Positions 19,413-31,871 are shown, numbered from the stretch's first letter. The stretch: 64,000 nt of DNA from Candidatus Latescibacterota bacterium (GCA_965198115.1 OZ240241.1:672001-736000); one strand, 5' to 3'. Notes: generated from the sequence alone by a model not told the origin. Numbers and translations: made by a program.

Positions 19413-20832
19413 GGCTATATCCGGATCTCTCAACGAGATGAAGTGGGTGAAGGTGCCGTGGTTCCTGGCATGGGGGCGCGGTTAGAGTGTGCGGAACCTC
19501 TTCGGAATCTGCTCAGGGATGTTTATGTCTCCGACGGTAAGGAAGATCATATCGTTGAATGCGTCGAGTGTGCGGAATCCGCTGGCTCGGTTCTTGACGA
19601 TTTGGACGATTCGGTTGAGGCCTTCGGCGATGGCGTTGGTAAGACGCGTGTTCACGAATGCGAGGACGCCGAAGAAGTGCTGTCGCAGGGTCCTGACGAA
19701 CTTTCGCAGGGGTTCAAGTCGACTTCTGAGTGCGGACGTCGTCCAGCATTTCAGGAAGCGTTCGGCAGCCCAGGGCGCTTTGTATTCCCAGAACTGCTCG
19801 AACTCGTCCTTGAGTCTCCAGGCTCTATAGATTCGGTAGTTCGCCTTCTCCAGTGCTTTGAGTGTCCGAGTATCCCCTCTGGAGCGTGTCGCTGAGTGCC
19901 GGTAGAGGAGCCATCGGAGGCCCTTCATGGCTTTGCGCTCATCCGGGGCAGCTTTACGCCACTGGTCCTTACGGACCTCGTCAACGGCGGCATTGAGAGC
20001 CTTGACGATGTGAAAGCGATCGAGGACCAGCTTGGCATTCGGACAGTGTTCCTGGATGGCTCCGATGTAAGCTTCGCTCATGTCGCAGCAGGCCCACTCG
20101 ATCTTGGATCTCCGGTAGGGACTGAGAGCCTCTGTGAAGAACCGATCGATCGTTTTACGCGCCCTGCCGCGGCCAACCCACACCACGCAGGAGCGGTCCA
20201 GATCGTAAACGAGCGTGGCGTACCTGTGACGCTTGGCGTAGGAGATCTCGTCGATCCCGATGGTTTTGAGCCCTCGGATACGATGACCTTCACGAAGCCG
20301 CGTGATGGATCGGTGAAGGAGATCCGACAGCGTCGAGGCAGAGATGCGCAGTAACTCGGACGCCGCCTTCTGCGTCATGGTCTGGCAGTAGCGCAGCATG
20401 GCATACTCGAAGCGATACGTCACCCGAGAGAACCGCTCCGCCCACGGAATCTCCTCGACCACACGACCGTGGGTAGGACACCGAATCTCCCGAGGATGGT
20501 AGAGAAGCCAGACCCTCCACCCGCACACCGGAATGTCACGCCACCGACGCGGATGGGGCATTGTGCGGACGATTTTACCTCGACGGCCGCACTCCGGACA
20601 ACAACAACCATTCTTATGTGGCTTTACGGCGATGACGAAGCAGCTTCTCCCCTCAAACCACCAGCTGACAACACGGAACCCCTTGAATCTCAGCAGTTTC
20701 GATAGTAATCTGCTCCCGGTCATAGGTCGCACCCCCTTCGCTTTGATTGTCCTACACACACAACCAAGCGTAGGGAACGATCTATGACCTTGTCATTCTA
20801 TAGTTTCACCGTTGAGAAACCCGGATAGAGCC
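19413..20832 (-). mobile_element. ISL3-family element, copy 2 (1420 bp; transposase 19482-20759)
   Basis: Zn finger 'CPECG', 'IGIDE', 'CDM', 'DRFH', 'NAIAEGLN'; 8-bp TSD CTTTAAAG. Confidence 0.96.
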
Positions 20833-20867
20833 CTTTAAAGGCACCGCTGGACCTAGGGAGGAGATCC

Positions 20868-23717
20868 ATGCGAGTTCTCACGTTCTTCGCTTCCCTTCTG
20901 CTCGTTACGAATGCGTTCGCCCAATCCAAGGGCACCATCATCGGCCGTGTCGTCGACGACGCCGGGGAACCTCTGCCCGGTGCGAATGTCGTCGTCGAAG
21001 GGACCACTCTCCAGGCGCCCGCGGGCGACGTCACAAACGACCAGGGCCACTACGAAGTCAGAGGCCTTGGGCACGGGAAATATCGCGTCACCGTTTCCTT
21101 CATCGGTTTTAAGACCGTTTCCCGCTCTGTCCAGTTGACTTCCGAGCAGTTGGCCTTCGATGTCACACTTCAAGCCGATCTGCTTGAACACGATCAGCTG
21201 ATCCTCTCGGCATCGCGCTCCCAGCAAAAAGCGCTCGACGCACCGGCCTCTGTTTCTGTCATCACCGGCGACGAAGTCAACAGCACACCCGCCCTCAACG
21301 TGGCGGAGAACATCCGTTCCCAGCCGGGTGTCGACTTTGTCAAAACGGGTCTGGTCCAGAACAACGTCGTTGCTCGAGGATTCAACAACGTCTTCTCCGG
21401 CGCCTTCCTCACACTGATGGACAACCGGATCGCGCGCGTTCCATCCCTCCGCATCAACGTCAACAATTTCATTCCCGTCACCAACCAGGACGTGGAACAG
21501 ATCGAAATCGTTCGCGGTCCGGGTTCGGCGCTCTACGGGCCGAACAGCGCAAACGGAGTCCTTCACATCATCACAAAGTCACCCATCGGTTCCGAGGGAA
21601 CGACGATCGGCGCGGGCGGTGGCGAGCGCAGCCTCAGGAATTTCTCGTTTCGACACGCCTCGTCCACGAACGGCAAGATCGGAATCAAAGCGTCCGGCCA
21701 ATACTACGCCGGCAATGACTGGGAATACGTCGACTCCGTCGAGGTTGCAGATCGAGGGCGCAACCCAAGAGAGGGCAACTACGATCTCGAAAGATTCTCG
21801 GGCGAAGTACGAATGGATCTGCGCCCAAATGAAGCGACGGAAATTATTCTGTCTACCGGTCTGAGCCAGGCGAAGGTCCTTGAAATGACCGGTCTGGGAG
21901 CCGCCCACGCGGACAACTGGCGCTACGCGTTCGGGCAGGCCAGAGTTCGATATCGGGATTGGTTCGCCCAGGTCTTCTACAACCGAAGTGACGCGGGCGA
22001 CAACACCCGCCTCCTCCGAACCGATGATCCGATCGCCGACAAATCCACGCTCCTCGTCTTCCAGCTACAACACCGAGCTTACCTGGGCAATCGACAATCC
22101 TTCACATATGGCGGGGACGTCCTGCGGACGCGTCCGAAAACAGAGGGAACAATCAGCGGACGTCACGAAGACAGGGACGACGTGAATGAGTTCGGAGTCT
22201 ACGTCCAAAGCGAAACAGCCATCAACGAATACATCGATCTCGTCCTCGCCGGCCGCTACGATGACCACAATCACGTTAAAGACGGAGTCTTCTCACCACG
22301 TGCGGCCGTCGTGCTCAAGCCACAGGAAGACCAGACGCTTCGGGCAACCTACAACAGGGCCTTCAGCACACCCACGAGCAACAACCTGTTCCTCGACGTC
22401 AGGAACCGCATCGATGTAGGCGGTATCGGGGCACGGTTCGAGCCTACGCTCGGCTACAGTCCGGCTATCGATATCCGTGTCCTCGGGCTGCTGGACGGAT
22501 TCACGTTCAACCGGGACGCCACCGGGTTGCCGACCTACAGGTCACCCTACGAGCTGGCTGCGTCCGCGAGTAGCATCCCTGTCGGCGGTCCCATCCAGCT
22601 GCACGACCCCGTCTTCACGAACTTCGAATGGGGAGTAGCGCGGGGGGCGGTTCTTGCCGGGTTCTCCGGGCAGTTCCGTCCTGTGCTGATCGGAGGCTTG
22701 CTGCAACAGGGCCTGCCGCAGGATCTTGCAACCGCGCAGGCCGACGGGATTCTGACCGCCTTCGCGTCGATCGTGCCAACACAGATTGCGGGACTTCAGA
22801 ACAGCCTTCGTGTCCTGAATTCCGAGACCGAAGCATTCGATGCCATCCCGATCACCGGAAACGCCGTCACCGACATCACCAGTATTGACCCAACGATTAC
22901 CGAAACCTTCGAACTTGGCTATAAGGGCGTGGTGAACAACAACCTGATCCTCAGCCTCGACGTCTATCGAACGAAAACCACCGACTTCGTGGGGCCGCTC
23001 CGCATCGAGACCCCGAACGTATTCCTCGATCCGGGACCCCTCCAGACTTCTCTCGGAACAGCTTTCGCGACCGCCCTCGCCGACCCTGCCAACGCACAGC
23101 TCGCGCAGGCATTGGCCCCGCTCGATGCTCCGGAATTCGGCGGCAATGGCGACGGCTCCATCGTAGGCGAGCTCGTGACGACCTTCGTCAGCCAGGCGGC
23201 AGCCATACCATTCGGAACGGTCACGCCGGAACAGGCCGAAGATCCGTCGGCCATCACGGTCACGTATCGAAACTTCGGCCGGACCACTCACTGGGGCCTC
23301 GATGCCGCTTTCGCCTATTACGCATCAAACGGCTGGCGAGTCGAAGGGAACTACTCCTACGTGAGCGACGACCTCTTCGAGAATCTCGACAACATCGCCG
23401 ATATCGCTCTCAACGCACCCAAGAATAAATTCAACATCGGGATCGGGTATGACCACGCGCGATCTGGCTTCTCCTTCACCGGACATCTTCGATATCGCGA
23501 CGGGTTCCCCATGGACTCCGGCGTGTATGTCGGAACCGTCGAATCCTCTGCGAGTGTCGACGCGACCGTACAGTACAAACTACCCATCACCGATCCCAGA
23601 TTCGGTGCGACGCTGACCGTCAACGCCTCGAACCTCCTCGACGAGAAACACCAGGAATTCATCGGGGCACCGGAGATCGGGCGTCTGATCAGCTCCGGCG
23701 TGATCATCAACTTCTGA
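20868..23717 (+). CDS. TonB-dependent receptor with N-terminal carboxypeptidase-regulatory-like domain
   Basis: Signal peptide; 'GEPLPGANVVVEGT'; plug motif 'IEIVRGPGSALYGPNSANGVLHIITK'; C-terminal Phe. Confidence 0.95.
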   Translation: MRVLTFFASLLLVTNAFAQSKGTIIGRVVDDAGEPLPGANVVVEGTTLQAPAGDVTNDQGHYEVRGLGHGKYRVTVSFIGFKTVSRSVQLTSEQLAFDVTLQADLLEHDQLILSASRSQQKALDAPASVSVITGDEVNSTPALNVAENIRSQPGVDFVKTGLVQNNVVARGFNNVFSGAFLTLMDNRIARVPSLRINVNNFIPVTNQDVEQIEIVRGPGSALYGPNSANGVLHIITKSPIGSEGTTIGAGGGERSLRNFSFRHASSTNGKIGIKASGQYYAGNDWEYVDSVEVADRGRNPREGNYDLERFSGEVRMDLRPNEATEIILSTGLSQAKVLEMTGLGAAHADNWRYAFGQARVRYRDWFAQVFYNRSDAGDNTRLLRTDDPIADKSTLLVFQLQHRAYLGNRQSFTYGGDVLRTRPKTEGTISGRHEDRDDVNEFGVYVQSETAINEYIDLVLAGRYDDHNHVKDGVFSPRAAVVLKPQEDQTLRATYNRAFSTPTSNNLFLDVRNRIDVGGIGARFEPTLGYSPAIDIRVLGLLDGFTFNRDATGLPTYRSPYELAASASSIPVGGPIQLHDPVFTNFEWGVARGAVLAGFSGQFRPVLIGGLLQQGLPQDLATAQADGILTAFASIVPTQIAGLQNSLRVLNSETEAFDAIPITGNAVTDITSIDPTITETFELGYKGVVNNNLILSLDVYRTKTTDFVGPLRIETPNVFLDPGPLQTSLGTAFATALADPANAQLAQALAPLDAPEFGGNGDGSIVGELVTTFVSQAAAIPFGTVTPEQAEDPSAITVTYRNFGRTTHWGLDAAFAYYASNGWRVEGNYSYVSDDLFENLDNIADIALNAPKNKFNIGIGYDHARSGFSFTGHLRYRDGFPMDSGVYVGTVESSASVDATVQYKLPITDPRFGATLTVNASNLLDEKHQEFIGAPEIGRLISSGVIINF

Positions 23718-23831
23718 AGCCATTGAACTGCCAACGTCTGTCCGTACGGCTCGACCATCGGCCGGTTGGCGCAATCGAGCGCGCCTCGTTCGACGCTGAG
23801 GATCCGGCAAGCAACACGAGAATCCACACAG

Positions 23832-24082
23832 ATGCCTGATCCCACCTCCAGACGGAAGGTCCTGGGCCTTCTACGATTTCGCCAACTCGGCCTTCGCGAC
23901 CCTCGTCCTCACCTTCATCTACAGCGCTTACCTCATCAAAGCGATCGCAGAAAACGAAACGCTCGGAACGAGCCAATGGTCTTGAGCGGTCACCGTCTCT
24001 GCGCTGGTTATCGCCCTCGTTTCTCCCTTCCTCGGATCCGTCGCCGACCGCCGGGGGCTTCGGAAACCGCTGCTGCTCGCCT
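23832..24082 (+). pseudogene. 5' remnant of a UMF1-type MFS transporter
   Basis: Across frameshifts reads 'FYDFANSAFATLVLTFIYSAY...SQWS*AVTVSALVIALVSPFLGSVADRRG'; internal stop; truncated. Confidence 0.75.
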
Positions 24083-24087
24083 AAATA

Positions 24088-24722
24088 TGCAACATACCAT
24101 GATCGAGCACGCCGGCGATCCCGAGTACTCCCTGGTCACCCGCTCCAGCGACGGTCAGATGCTTTTCCTCGCCAACAAGCTCTCGAAGATGAAGCAGGAC
24201 ACGCCGCTCGGCAGCCGCATCGCCGAGGTGCACAACGGCAGCTCGCTGTTCACCGGCGATGCCGGCCAGGGCGAGAGCAACATCCGCCGCTGGATCATCG
24301 AGAACGACTGGCTGGAGGCGATCGTCGCCCTACCGCTCAACATGTTCTACAACACCGGCATCGCCACCTACATCTGGGTGCTCACCAACCGCAAGCCGAA
24401 GCATCGCCTGGATAAGGTGCAGTTGATCGACACCACGAAGTGGTACCGGCCGCTCCGCAAGAACCTGGGCAAGAAGAATTGCGAACTGGCCGAGGACGAC
24501 ATCGCCCGCATCTGCAACGCCTTCCTCGCCTTCGAGGAAACCGAGGAGAGCCGCATCCTCGACAACGCCGCGTTCGGCTACTGGAAGGTGGCGGTCGAAC
24601 GGCCGTTGCGCATCGAGGCCGCCGACCCGAACCGCGTCTACAAGGCGGCCGAGATCAAGGCGCTGAAGGAGACCGGCAAGCGCAGCGAGGATGCGCCGCC
24701 GGTCCTCCGGAAGATGCGCGAA
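24088..24722 (+). pseudogene. hsdM: Internal fragment of a type I R-M methyltransferase subunit
   Basis: 'HNGSSLFTGDAGQGESNIRRWIIENDWLEAIVALPLNMFYNTGIATYIW'; N-terminal motifs absent. Confidence 0.85.
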
Positions 24723-25059
24723 GGATGCTGCCGAGTGGCAGCCTGACACGAATCAGTGCTGGTTCGCGCAGACCGTCGTAGACGTGCGCCGAGCCTACCG
24801 GCTGACGATCGACCGGCGTGAGGCCGCCGCGCTCGATCGTATACTCGTCGGGTGTTCGGGGTTGAACCGGAGCAAGCTGAAACTTTCGAAGTGGGCCGAG
24901 GAGTACAAGCGAGTCGCGCAGCGGTGGGGCATCCCTATAAGCTGGCTTTATGAGAGAAGCAGGAAGGACGTGCTCCCAGGTCAGCGTCGGCTTGGTAGAC
25001 ATGTGCGCATTGAACCGGATGAGTTCGAGGAGGGAGTCAAACGGGGCGAATTGTCCTGA
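24723..25059 (+). pseudogene. Fused remnants of an HNH/DUF1524-like C-terminus and an excisionase-like HTH
   Basis: 'DAAEWQPDTNQCWFAQTVVDVRRAYRLTIDRREAAAL' followed by 'VAQRWGIPISWLYERSRKDVLPGQRRLGRHVRI'. Confidence 0.5.
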
Positions 25060-25139
25060 TCAAAGTCTCCCCAAGTGGCTCTATCTGGGGTCGAAATACC
25101 AGCTTTACACTTGAGACTATCGTCGAACCTGAAATCGTA

Positions 25140-25292
25140 AGACACTCGCGGCTGTATTCATCCACAACCGTCAGGCACTTCAACGGCCTGCCTTCACGCG
25201 TCCTGTCGAACACGAAGTCGTAGGCCCAAACGTGGTTGCGATGCTCAGGCCGTGTGGTTCAACGACGGCTCCTGCATCCGGCTACGCACGGC
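25140..25292 (-). pseudogene. IS3-family transposase remnant
   Basis: Minus strand 'RPEHRNHVWAYDFVFDRTREGRPLKCLTVVDEYSRECL'; the preceding 'WFNDGSCIRLR' is inverted. Confidence 0.8.
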
Positions 25293-27403
25293 AACGCTAA
25301 ATCAAGTAAGTCAAAGGCTTGAAGATCGTTTCTCGTTACCAGTGCTCAGAATTTCCAGCGTGCTCGATCAGAAACGCGCAGTCTCCATACCGGAGATAAT
25401 GGGTGAAACGACCTCCCAGATTGCCTATGGTCAAGTGATGTATGGGTGTCTCATTGGCTGTGGACTTCCCACAAGAGCTTCCTGTCTGGCTATGGCGATA
25501 TCGCTGCAATCCCTATCCAACTGCTGCATCATCCCGTACCACGCTCTCCGTGCCATCTACAAATCCTTGCGCACTCGAAGGGACAGGGCAGTAAGCGCAA
25601 TCCTGTCAGGTAATGGATAGCGGAGCACCCCGCATACAGACCCTTCGGCGCTGCCCTCATCAGTCAACCATCCAGACTACCATTGCTTCCGTATTGGTTC
25701 CATAGCAGAGGGAGGCTGGCTACTTGTCCCTCACGCGGCCGTCTGTCGTTGATACAAGTACTTTTGGAAGCCTGTGAATACCCGCCCGATCTTGTCGGGC
25801 TTGCCCAAGTCGGCGATCGCGTCAGCGATGGAGTCGTGGTACTTCAGTCGCAACAAGGGTGTGAGCTTCTCTTGGTCGAGTTCCTCGACGCCTACGCGGA
25901 CGTAGTGAGACAGTACGAAGTCCAGAAAAACCTGCTCCTTGCTGTTAAAATGGGTACTGATGACGACCTTGGCCTGCGTGGCCCGGTCTTCACGTGTGAT
26001 CGGGGACAAGGCGTAGGCCACATGGGCCAACACGTCGAAGAGGTCGCTTTTCTCCGCGTCTATTATCTCCCGCATCTCGTTCAGTTGCTCACCGCCAAAG
26101 CCGTGCTCCGCAAGGCCCTCCAAAAGTTTCTTTCTCGTGTCCGGCACGCTCCATAGGGCACGAAGTTCTGCCTCGTCTTTGAAGAAGTCCGGAAGTTTCC
26201 CGAACAAATTCTCCATGAACTGCTGCGCGGACATGGGCGTGCCGTCGGTATGCCAGAAGGTCATGCACATCATGTGCTGGATAGTGCGCTCCTTACCGTC
26301 GGCGAGTTTGACTTTGACTCTCTTCCTGCGGGGCCCGGGTTCAGGGGGTGGGCCCGGCGGCGGCCCGGGAGGCGGATCGGGCCGAGGCTCTGGCTCAATT
26401 GGTTCCCCATCCCACTCGGAGTCGTTGAAGTGGTGGTGCGCCTTCACGAAGTCGTAGATCGTGAAGTAGTCTTTCCCGTCATACAGTCGCGTGCCCCGTC
26501 CGATGATTTGCTTGAACTCGATCATTGAGTTGATTGGCCGCATCAAGACGATGTTACGGATGTTACGGGCGTCCACGCCGGTCGAAAGCTTCTGCGAGGT
26601 GGTCAGGATCGTTGGTATCGTCTTCTCATTATCCTGAAATCTCGCAGATGTTGCTCGCCTAAATTTCCGTCATTGGCGGTGACCCGTTGGCAATAGTTCG
26701 GGTCTGTGCTTGTCTTCATTTGGTTGATGAGATCGCGCACGGCCAGCGCGTGAACCTGTGAAGCACAGAACACCAGCGTCTTCTCGTTCTGGTTGATCTG
26801 GTCCATGAAAATCTTCACGCGATGGGCTTCCCGTTCCTTGATCTCGATAATCTTGTTGAAGTCGCTTTCGGTGTAACGTCTCCCGGTCTCGATCTCACCT
26901 TCGAGCAGACTATCATCGGGCGTATAGACATACTCGTCGAGCGTTGTTGAAATCTGTTTCACCTTGAACGGTGTCAGGAAACCGTCGTTGATCCCCTCTT
27001 TCAGCGAGTAGACGTAGACTGGTTCACCGAAGTAGGCGTAGGTATCCACGTTGTCTTCACGCTTGGGCGTGGCGGTGAGACCGAGTTGGACCGCAGGAGC
27101 GAAATAATCGAGGATGTCACGCCAATTGCTCTCATCGTTGCACCACCTCGGTGGCATTCGTCGATAAGGATGAAGTCGAAAAAATCTGGCGGGTATTCTC
27201 CGAAATAGGGTGATGGCTTACCGTCCTTCGGTGGTCCACTCATGAACGTCTGGAAAATGGTAAAGAACAGGCTCCCGTTCGTTGGTACACGTCCCCTATG
27301 GCGGATGTCTCCCGGCTCGACCCGCACCATAGCGTCCTCCGGGAAGGCTGAGAAGGCATTGTAGGCTTGGTTGGCGAGGATGTTACGGTCAGCCAAAAAA
27401 AGA

Positions 27404-28823
27404 GGCTATATCCGGATCTCTCAACGAGATGAAGTGGGTGAAGGTGCCGTGGTTCCTGGCATGGGGGCGCGGTTAGAGTGTGCGGAACCTCTTCGGAATC
27501 TGCTCAGGGATGTTTATGTCTCCGACGGTAAGGAAGATCATATCGTTGAATGCGTCGAGTGTGCGGAATCCGCTGGCTCGGTTCTTGACGATTTGGACGA
27601 TTCGGTTGAGGCCTTCGGCGATGGCGTTGGTAAGACGCGTGTTCACGAATGCGAGGACGCCGAAGAAGTGCTGTCGCAGGGTCCTGACGAACTTTCGCAG
27701 GGGTTCAAGTCGACTTCTGAGTGCGGACGTCGTCCAGCATTTCAGGAAGCGTTCGGCAGCCCAGGGCGCTTTGTATTCCCAGAACTGCTCGAACTCGTCC
27801 TTGAGTCTCCAGGCTCTATAGATTCGGTAGTTCGCCTTCTCCAGTGCTTCGAGTGTCCGAGTATCCCCTCTGGAGCGTGTCGCTGAGTGCCGGTAGAGGA
27901 GCCATCGGAGGCCCTTCATGGCTTTGCGCTCATCCGGGGCAGCTTTACGCCACTGGTCCTTACGGACCTCGTCAACGGCGGCATTGAGAGCCTTGACGAT
28001 GTGAAAGCGATCGAGGACCAGCTTGGCATTCGGACAGTGTTCCTGGATGGCTCCGATGTAAGCTTCGCTCATGTCGCAGCAGGCCCACTCGATCTTGGAT
28101 CTCCGGTAGGGACTGAGAGCCTCTGTGAAGAACCGATCGATCGTTTTACGCGCCCTGCCGCGGCCAACCCACACCACGCAGGAGCGGTCCAGATCGTAAA
28201 CGAGCGTGGCGTACCTGTGACGCTTGGCGTAGGAGATCTCGTCGATCCCGATGGTTTTGAGCCCTCGGATACGATGACCTTCACGAAGCCGCGTGATGGA
28301 TCGGTGAAGGAGATCCGACAGCGTCGAGGCAGAGATGCGCAGTAACTCGGACGCCGCCTTCTGCGTCATGGTCTGGCAGTAGCGCAGCATGGCATACTCG
28401 AAGCGATACGTCACCCGAGAGAACCGCTCCGCCCACGGAATCTCCTCGACCACACGACCGTGGGTAGGACACCGAATCTCCCGAGGATGGTAGAGAAGCC
28501 AGACCCTCCACCCGCACACCGGAATGTCACGCCACCGACGCGGATGGGGCATTGTGCGGACGATTTTACCTCGACGGCCGCACTCCGGACAACAACAACC
28601 ATTCTTATGTGGCTTTACGGCGATGACGAAACAGCTTCTCCCCTCAAACCACCAGCTGACAACACGGAACCCCTTGAATCTCAGCAGTTTCGATAGTAAT
28701 CTGCTCCCGGTCATAGGTCGCACCCCCTTCGCTTTGATTGTCCTACACACACAACCAAGCGTAGGGAACGATCTATGACCTTGTCATTCTATAGTTTCAC
28801 CGTTGAGAAACCCGGATAGAGCC
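27404..28823 (-). mobile_element. ISL3-family element, copy 3, inserted in hsdR (transposase 27473-28750)
   Basis: 1420 bp; 8-bp TSD AAAAAAGA. Confidence 0.96.
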
Positions 28824-29321
28824 AAAAAAGAATGCGCGGACGACGTGACGGTTCACGGCTCAAGTTCCATCGACTATAGAACAGCTTCCAAGCGATCTGG
28901 AAAGCGATAAACGTTTTTCCCGTACCAGTCGCGAGCGTGAGTAGGATGCGGTCCCGTTTCTCCGAGATGGCCTGCATCACGCGTTCAACTGAGATGTCTT
29001 GATAGTAGCGACAAGGGTGCGAGCCACCCTTGTCCTCGAATGGGACGGCGGCGAAACGATCCCGCCATTCATTCGTTTCAGCGAAGGTCGCTGCCCACAG
29101 TTCGTCTGGCGTGGGATAGGTAGGTAATTCGCCTTCCTCACCCGTCTCCATGTCAATACCGTAAATGCCTTGACCGTTTGTGGCATAGGTGAAGCGGATC
29201 GACATCTTTTCGGCATAGTTCTTTGCTTGCCCCACACCCTCGGTCAACTCTTCGTCCCAAGCCTTGGCTTCGACCACAGCGAGCTTCGTGTTACGGAACT
29301 CCAAAACGTAATCAGCTCTTA

Positions 29322-31869
29322 GTGTCACGTCCCGCGTATAAGCTTCAAAAGTTTATGGACTTTCTCGAGGATTGAATCTGCCGTGGCGGTCCAGACGAAG
29401 GGTGTAGAATTCTCGTTGTAGTGATCAGTGAATTTCTTGATGCAGGCGATCAGGTCCTTGACGCTTCTGAAGGTGCCTCGTCGAATGGCTCTTTGGGTGA
29501 TGATACCGAACCAGATCTCTACCTGGTTCAGCCAGGAGGCATATGTTGGTGTGTAGTGCACGTGATATCGTTTCCGTGAGGCGAGCCAACGCTTGACGTT
29601 CGGGTGCTTGTGCGTGCCGTAATTATCGACGACCAGATGGATGTCGAGATCCTTTGGGACGTTCGAGCTCAGGTCAATAGGTGTGTAAAAGAAATCAGGC
29701 GGCCATCTTCCCGGCTTCGACCTGCGGTCCGGTTGAGTGTTTCTGATCGTAGACTTGTTGTAGCAAGTGTGGCGCGGTGAGTTTCCTGAATCGGCTCTCT
29801 GCGACCTTGAGCGTACGCCAGATGAGAGCCGTGGCGTTCCTGACTTTCTTGAATCGCCTGGCGGCGTTTGTGCGAAGCCGAACGGAAGCAAAGGGGCTCT
29901 CGACGACGTTCGTGGTTCTCAGGTGTTTCCAGTGTTCCTTCGGGAAGTCGTAGAACGTGACCATCCGATCCCAGTTTCTTTCGAGCGTCTCCACGGCGGC
30001 AGGGAACTGTGAGCGATACCGTGCGGCAAAGCGTTTCCGGAGCTTCTCGGCCTCCTTTTTCGTGCCGGCATAGGGGATCTGGACGAGCAGTGCGCGGGCT
30101 TCAGCCTGTGCACGCTTGGCGACCTTGTCGAGCACGTTGAGGATCTTGTGGTTCCAGCACCGTTGTTGCCGGCTCTCTGGCCAGACCTGATCAACGGCCG
30201 CCCAGATGCCCATATTCCCGTCCGCGGCGATCAGGACAGGATGTTCGAGCCCGCGATCCCGGAGATCCCGGAGCACCGTGAGCCAGGATTCTGTAGACTC
30301 TCGATAACCGGGTTCTATCGCCAGGATCTCCTTGCTGCCGTCGCTCATCGCGCCGATCACGACCAGCAGACACGCCTTCTCGCGCTCGAGCCCGGCTTTG
30401 ACGTAGATGCCATCAGCCCAGGCGTAGACCAGTTCGCGATTATCCAGACGCCTTTCTTTCCAGTCCTGGAAGTCGACCTCCCACTTCCCTCGAAGACGAG
30501 CGATCGAGGTCGGCGAAAGCGGCGCGCCATCACCGAGCAGCGCACGCAAAGACAACTCGAAGTCGCCCTGGGAGAGACCGTGGAGATAAAGGTCGGGAAG
30601 CAGATCTCCAATGGCCCTGGTTCTCCGGGCGAACAGGGGGAGGATGCGGCTTTCAAACCGCTCTTCCAGACCACGAACCCGGGGACGCCGGACCTTGATC
30701 GTTCCGCAGCTCGTCGAGAGACGCCGGGGCTTGCCGTAGCCGTTCCTGTAGCCCGTGGAGCTATCGACCTCGGCTCGGCGCTCATACCACGACCGGCCCA
30801 AGAACGCGGTCGCCTCCTCCTCCAGAATGGACTGGAACCGGCCCTGGATCTCTTCACGGATCCAATCGTCAACCGTCTCCCACGTCGGCATGGACTTCAA
30901 TGGGGCTCTATGCGTATGTTCCTTCACGGCGATCCTCCTTCCCAACCGGGCCTCTCACCCGGTTTTGTGTGAATCAACTATCTCACGGGAAGGGTAGGGT
31001 CGCCCTTTCTCTTTTTCCACACCTTTTGATTATAGCTCGGACGTTCTTGTCGATGTGCTTGAGGAACTGAAGGAACTCTTTGTTGCGGTGTCTGGGCTTG
31101 CACTGAGTCAGAACTTTGCCGGATGCGATGTTGAGCGCTGCAAAGAGGGTGGTCGTGCCGTTCCGGATATAGCTGTGAGTGACGCCCTCGACGTATCCGA
31201 GACCCAAAGGAAGAATCGGTTGTGTCCGTTCGAGTGCTTGAATCTGGCTCTTCTCGTCTACACAGAGCACCATCGCGTTGTCCGGTGGGTTCAGGTATAG
31301 ACCGACGATATCCCTGACTTTCTCGACGAAGAAGGGATCGTTCGACAGTTTGAAGTGCTTCTGTCGATGCGGTTGCAGGCCAAAAGCTTTCCATACACGT
31401 TGAACCGAGGACTTGAAGAGCCCCGTCTCGTCGGCCATCGAACGACAGGTCCAGTGGGTGGCACCCTTCGGTTGCTTCTTGAGCGTCTTGTAGATGAGGG
31501 AGGAGATCTCTTCGTCGCTGACCGACCGTGGCCCTCCAGGACGCAATTCGTCATACAGTCCCATCAAGCCTTGCTCGCAGAAGCGACGACGCCACTTGCC
31601 GACAGACGCTCCGGACAACCCGACTCGTTCCGCGATCTCCTGATTGGTCAGACCGCAATCGCTCATCAAGACGATCTTCGCGCGACGCACCAAAGCGTGA
31701 GACATGCTACGCGAACGAGACAATGACTCGAGTTGATCGTGGACCTCATCACTGATGTTCAGTGGCTGTAACGGACGACCTCTAGCCATCGGTTCCTCCC
31801 AAGAATGAGTGCTTGAGGAACCATACGACAGAATCGAATATTTTTCTAGTTATTCCTGGGACGTGACAT
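29322..31869 (-). mobile_element. IS630-family element (transposase 31789-29325, split by IS256 element A)
   Basis: IRs TGTCACGTCCC and GGGACGTGACA; flanked by TA and TG; 'VDEKSQIQAL', 'DNYGTHK', 'SWLNQVEIWF'. Confidence 0.92.
29665..31038 (-). mobile_element. IS256-family element A, copy 2 (transposase 29695-30945)
   Basis: 1374 bp; 8-bp TSD GGACGTTC inside the IS630 transposase. Confidence 0.96.
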
Positions 31870-31871
31870 TG

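Noticed and set aside
17753-20832. Composite transposon that inserted as one unit
   Set aside because: Each ISL3 copy has its own flanking duplication (CTTTTTT; CTTTAAAG) and the outer flanks do not match.
23766-24746. Intact 326-aa methyltransferase
   Set aside because: The ORF is a chance fusion of an off-frame MFS remnant with an internal hsdM fragment that lacks the N-terminal motifs.
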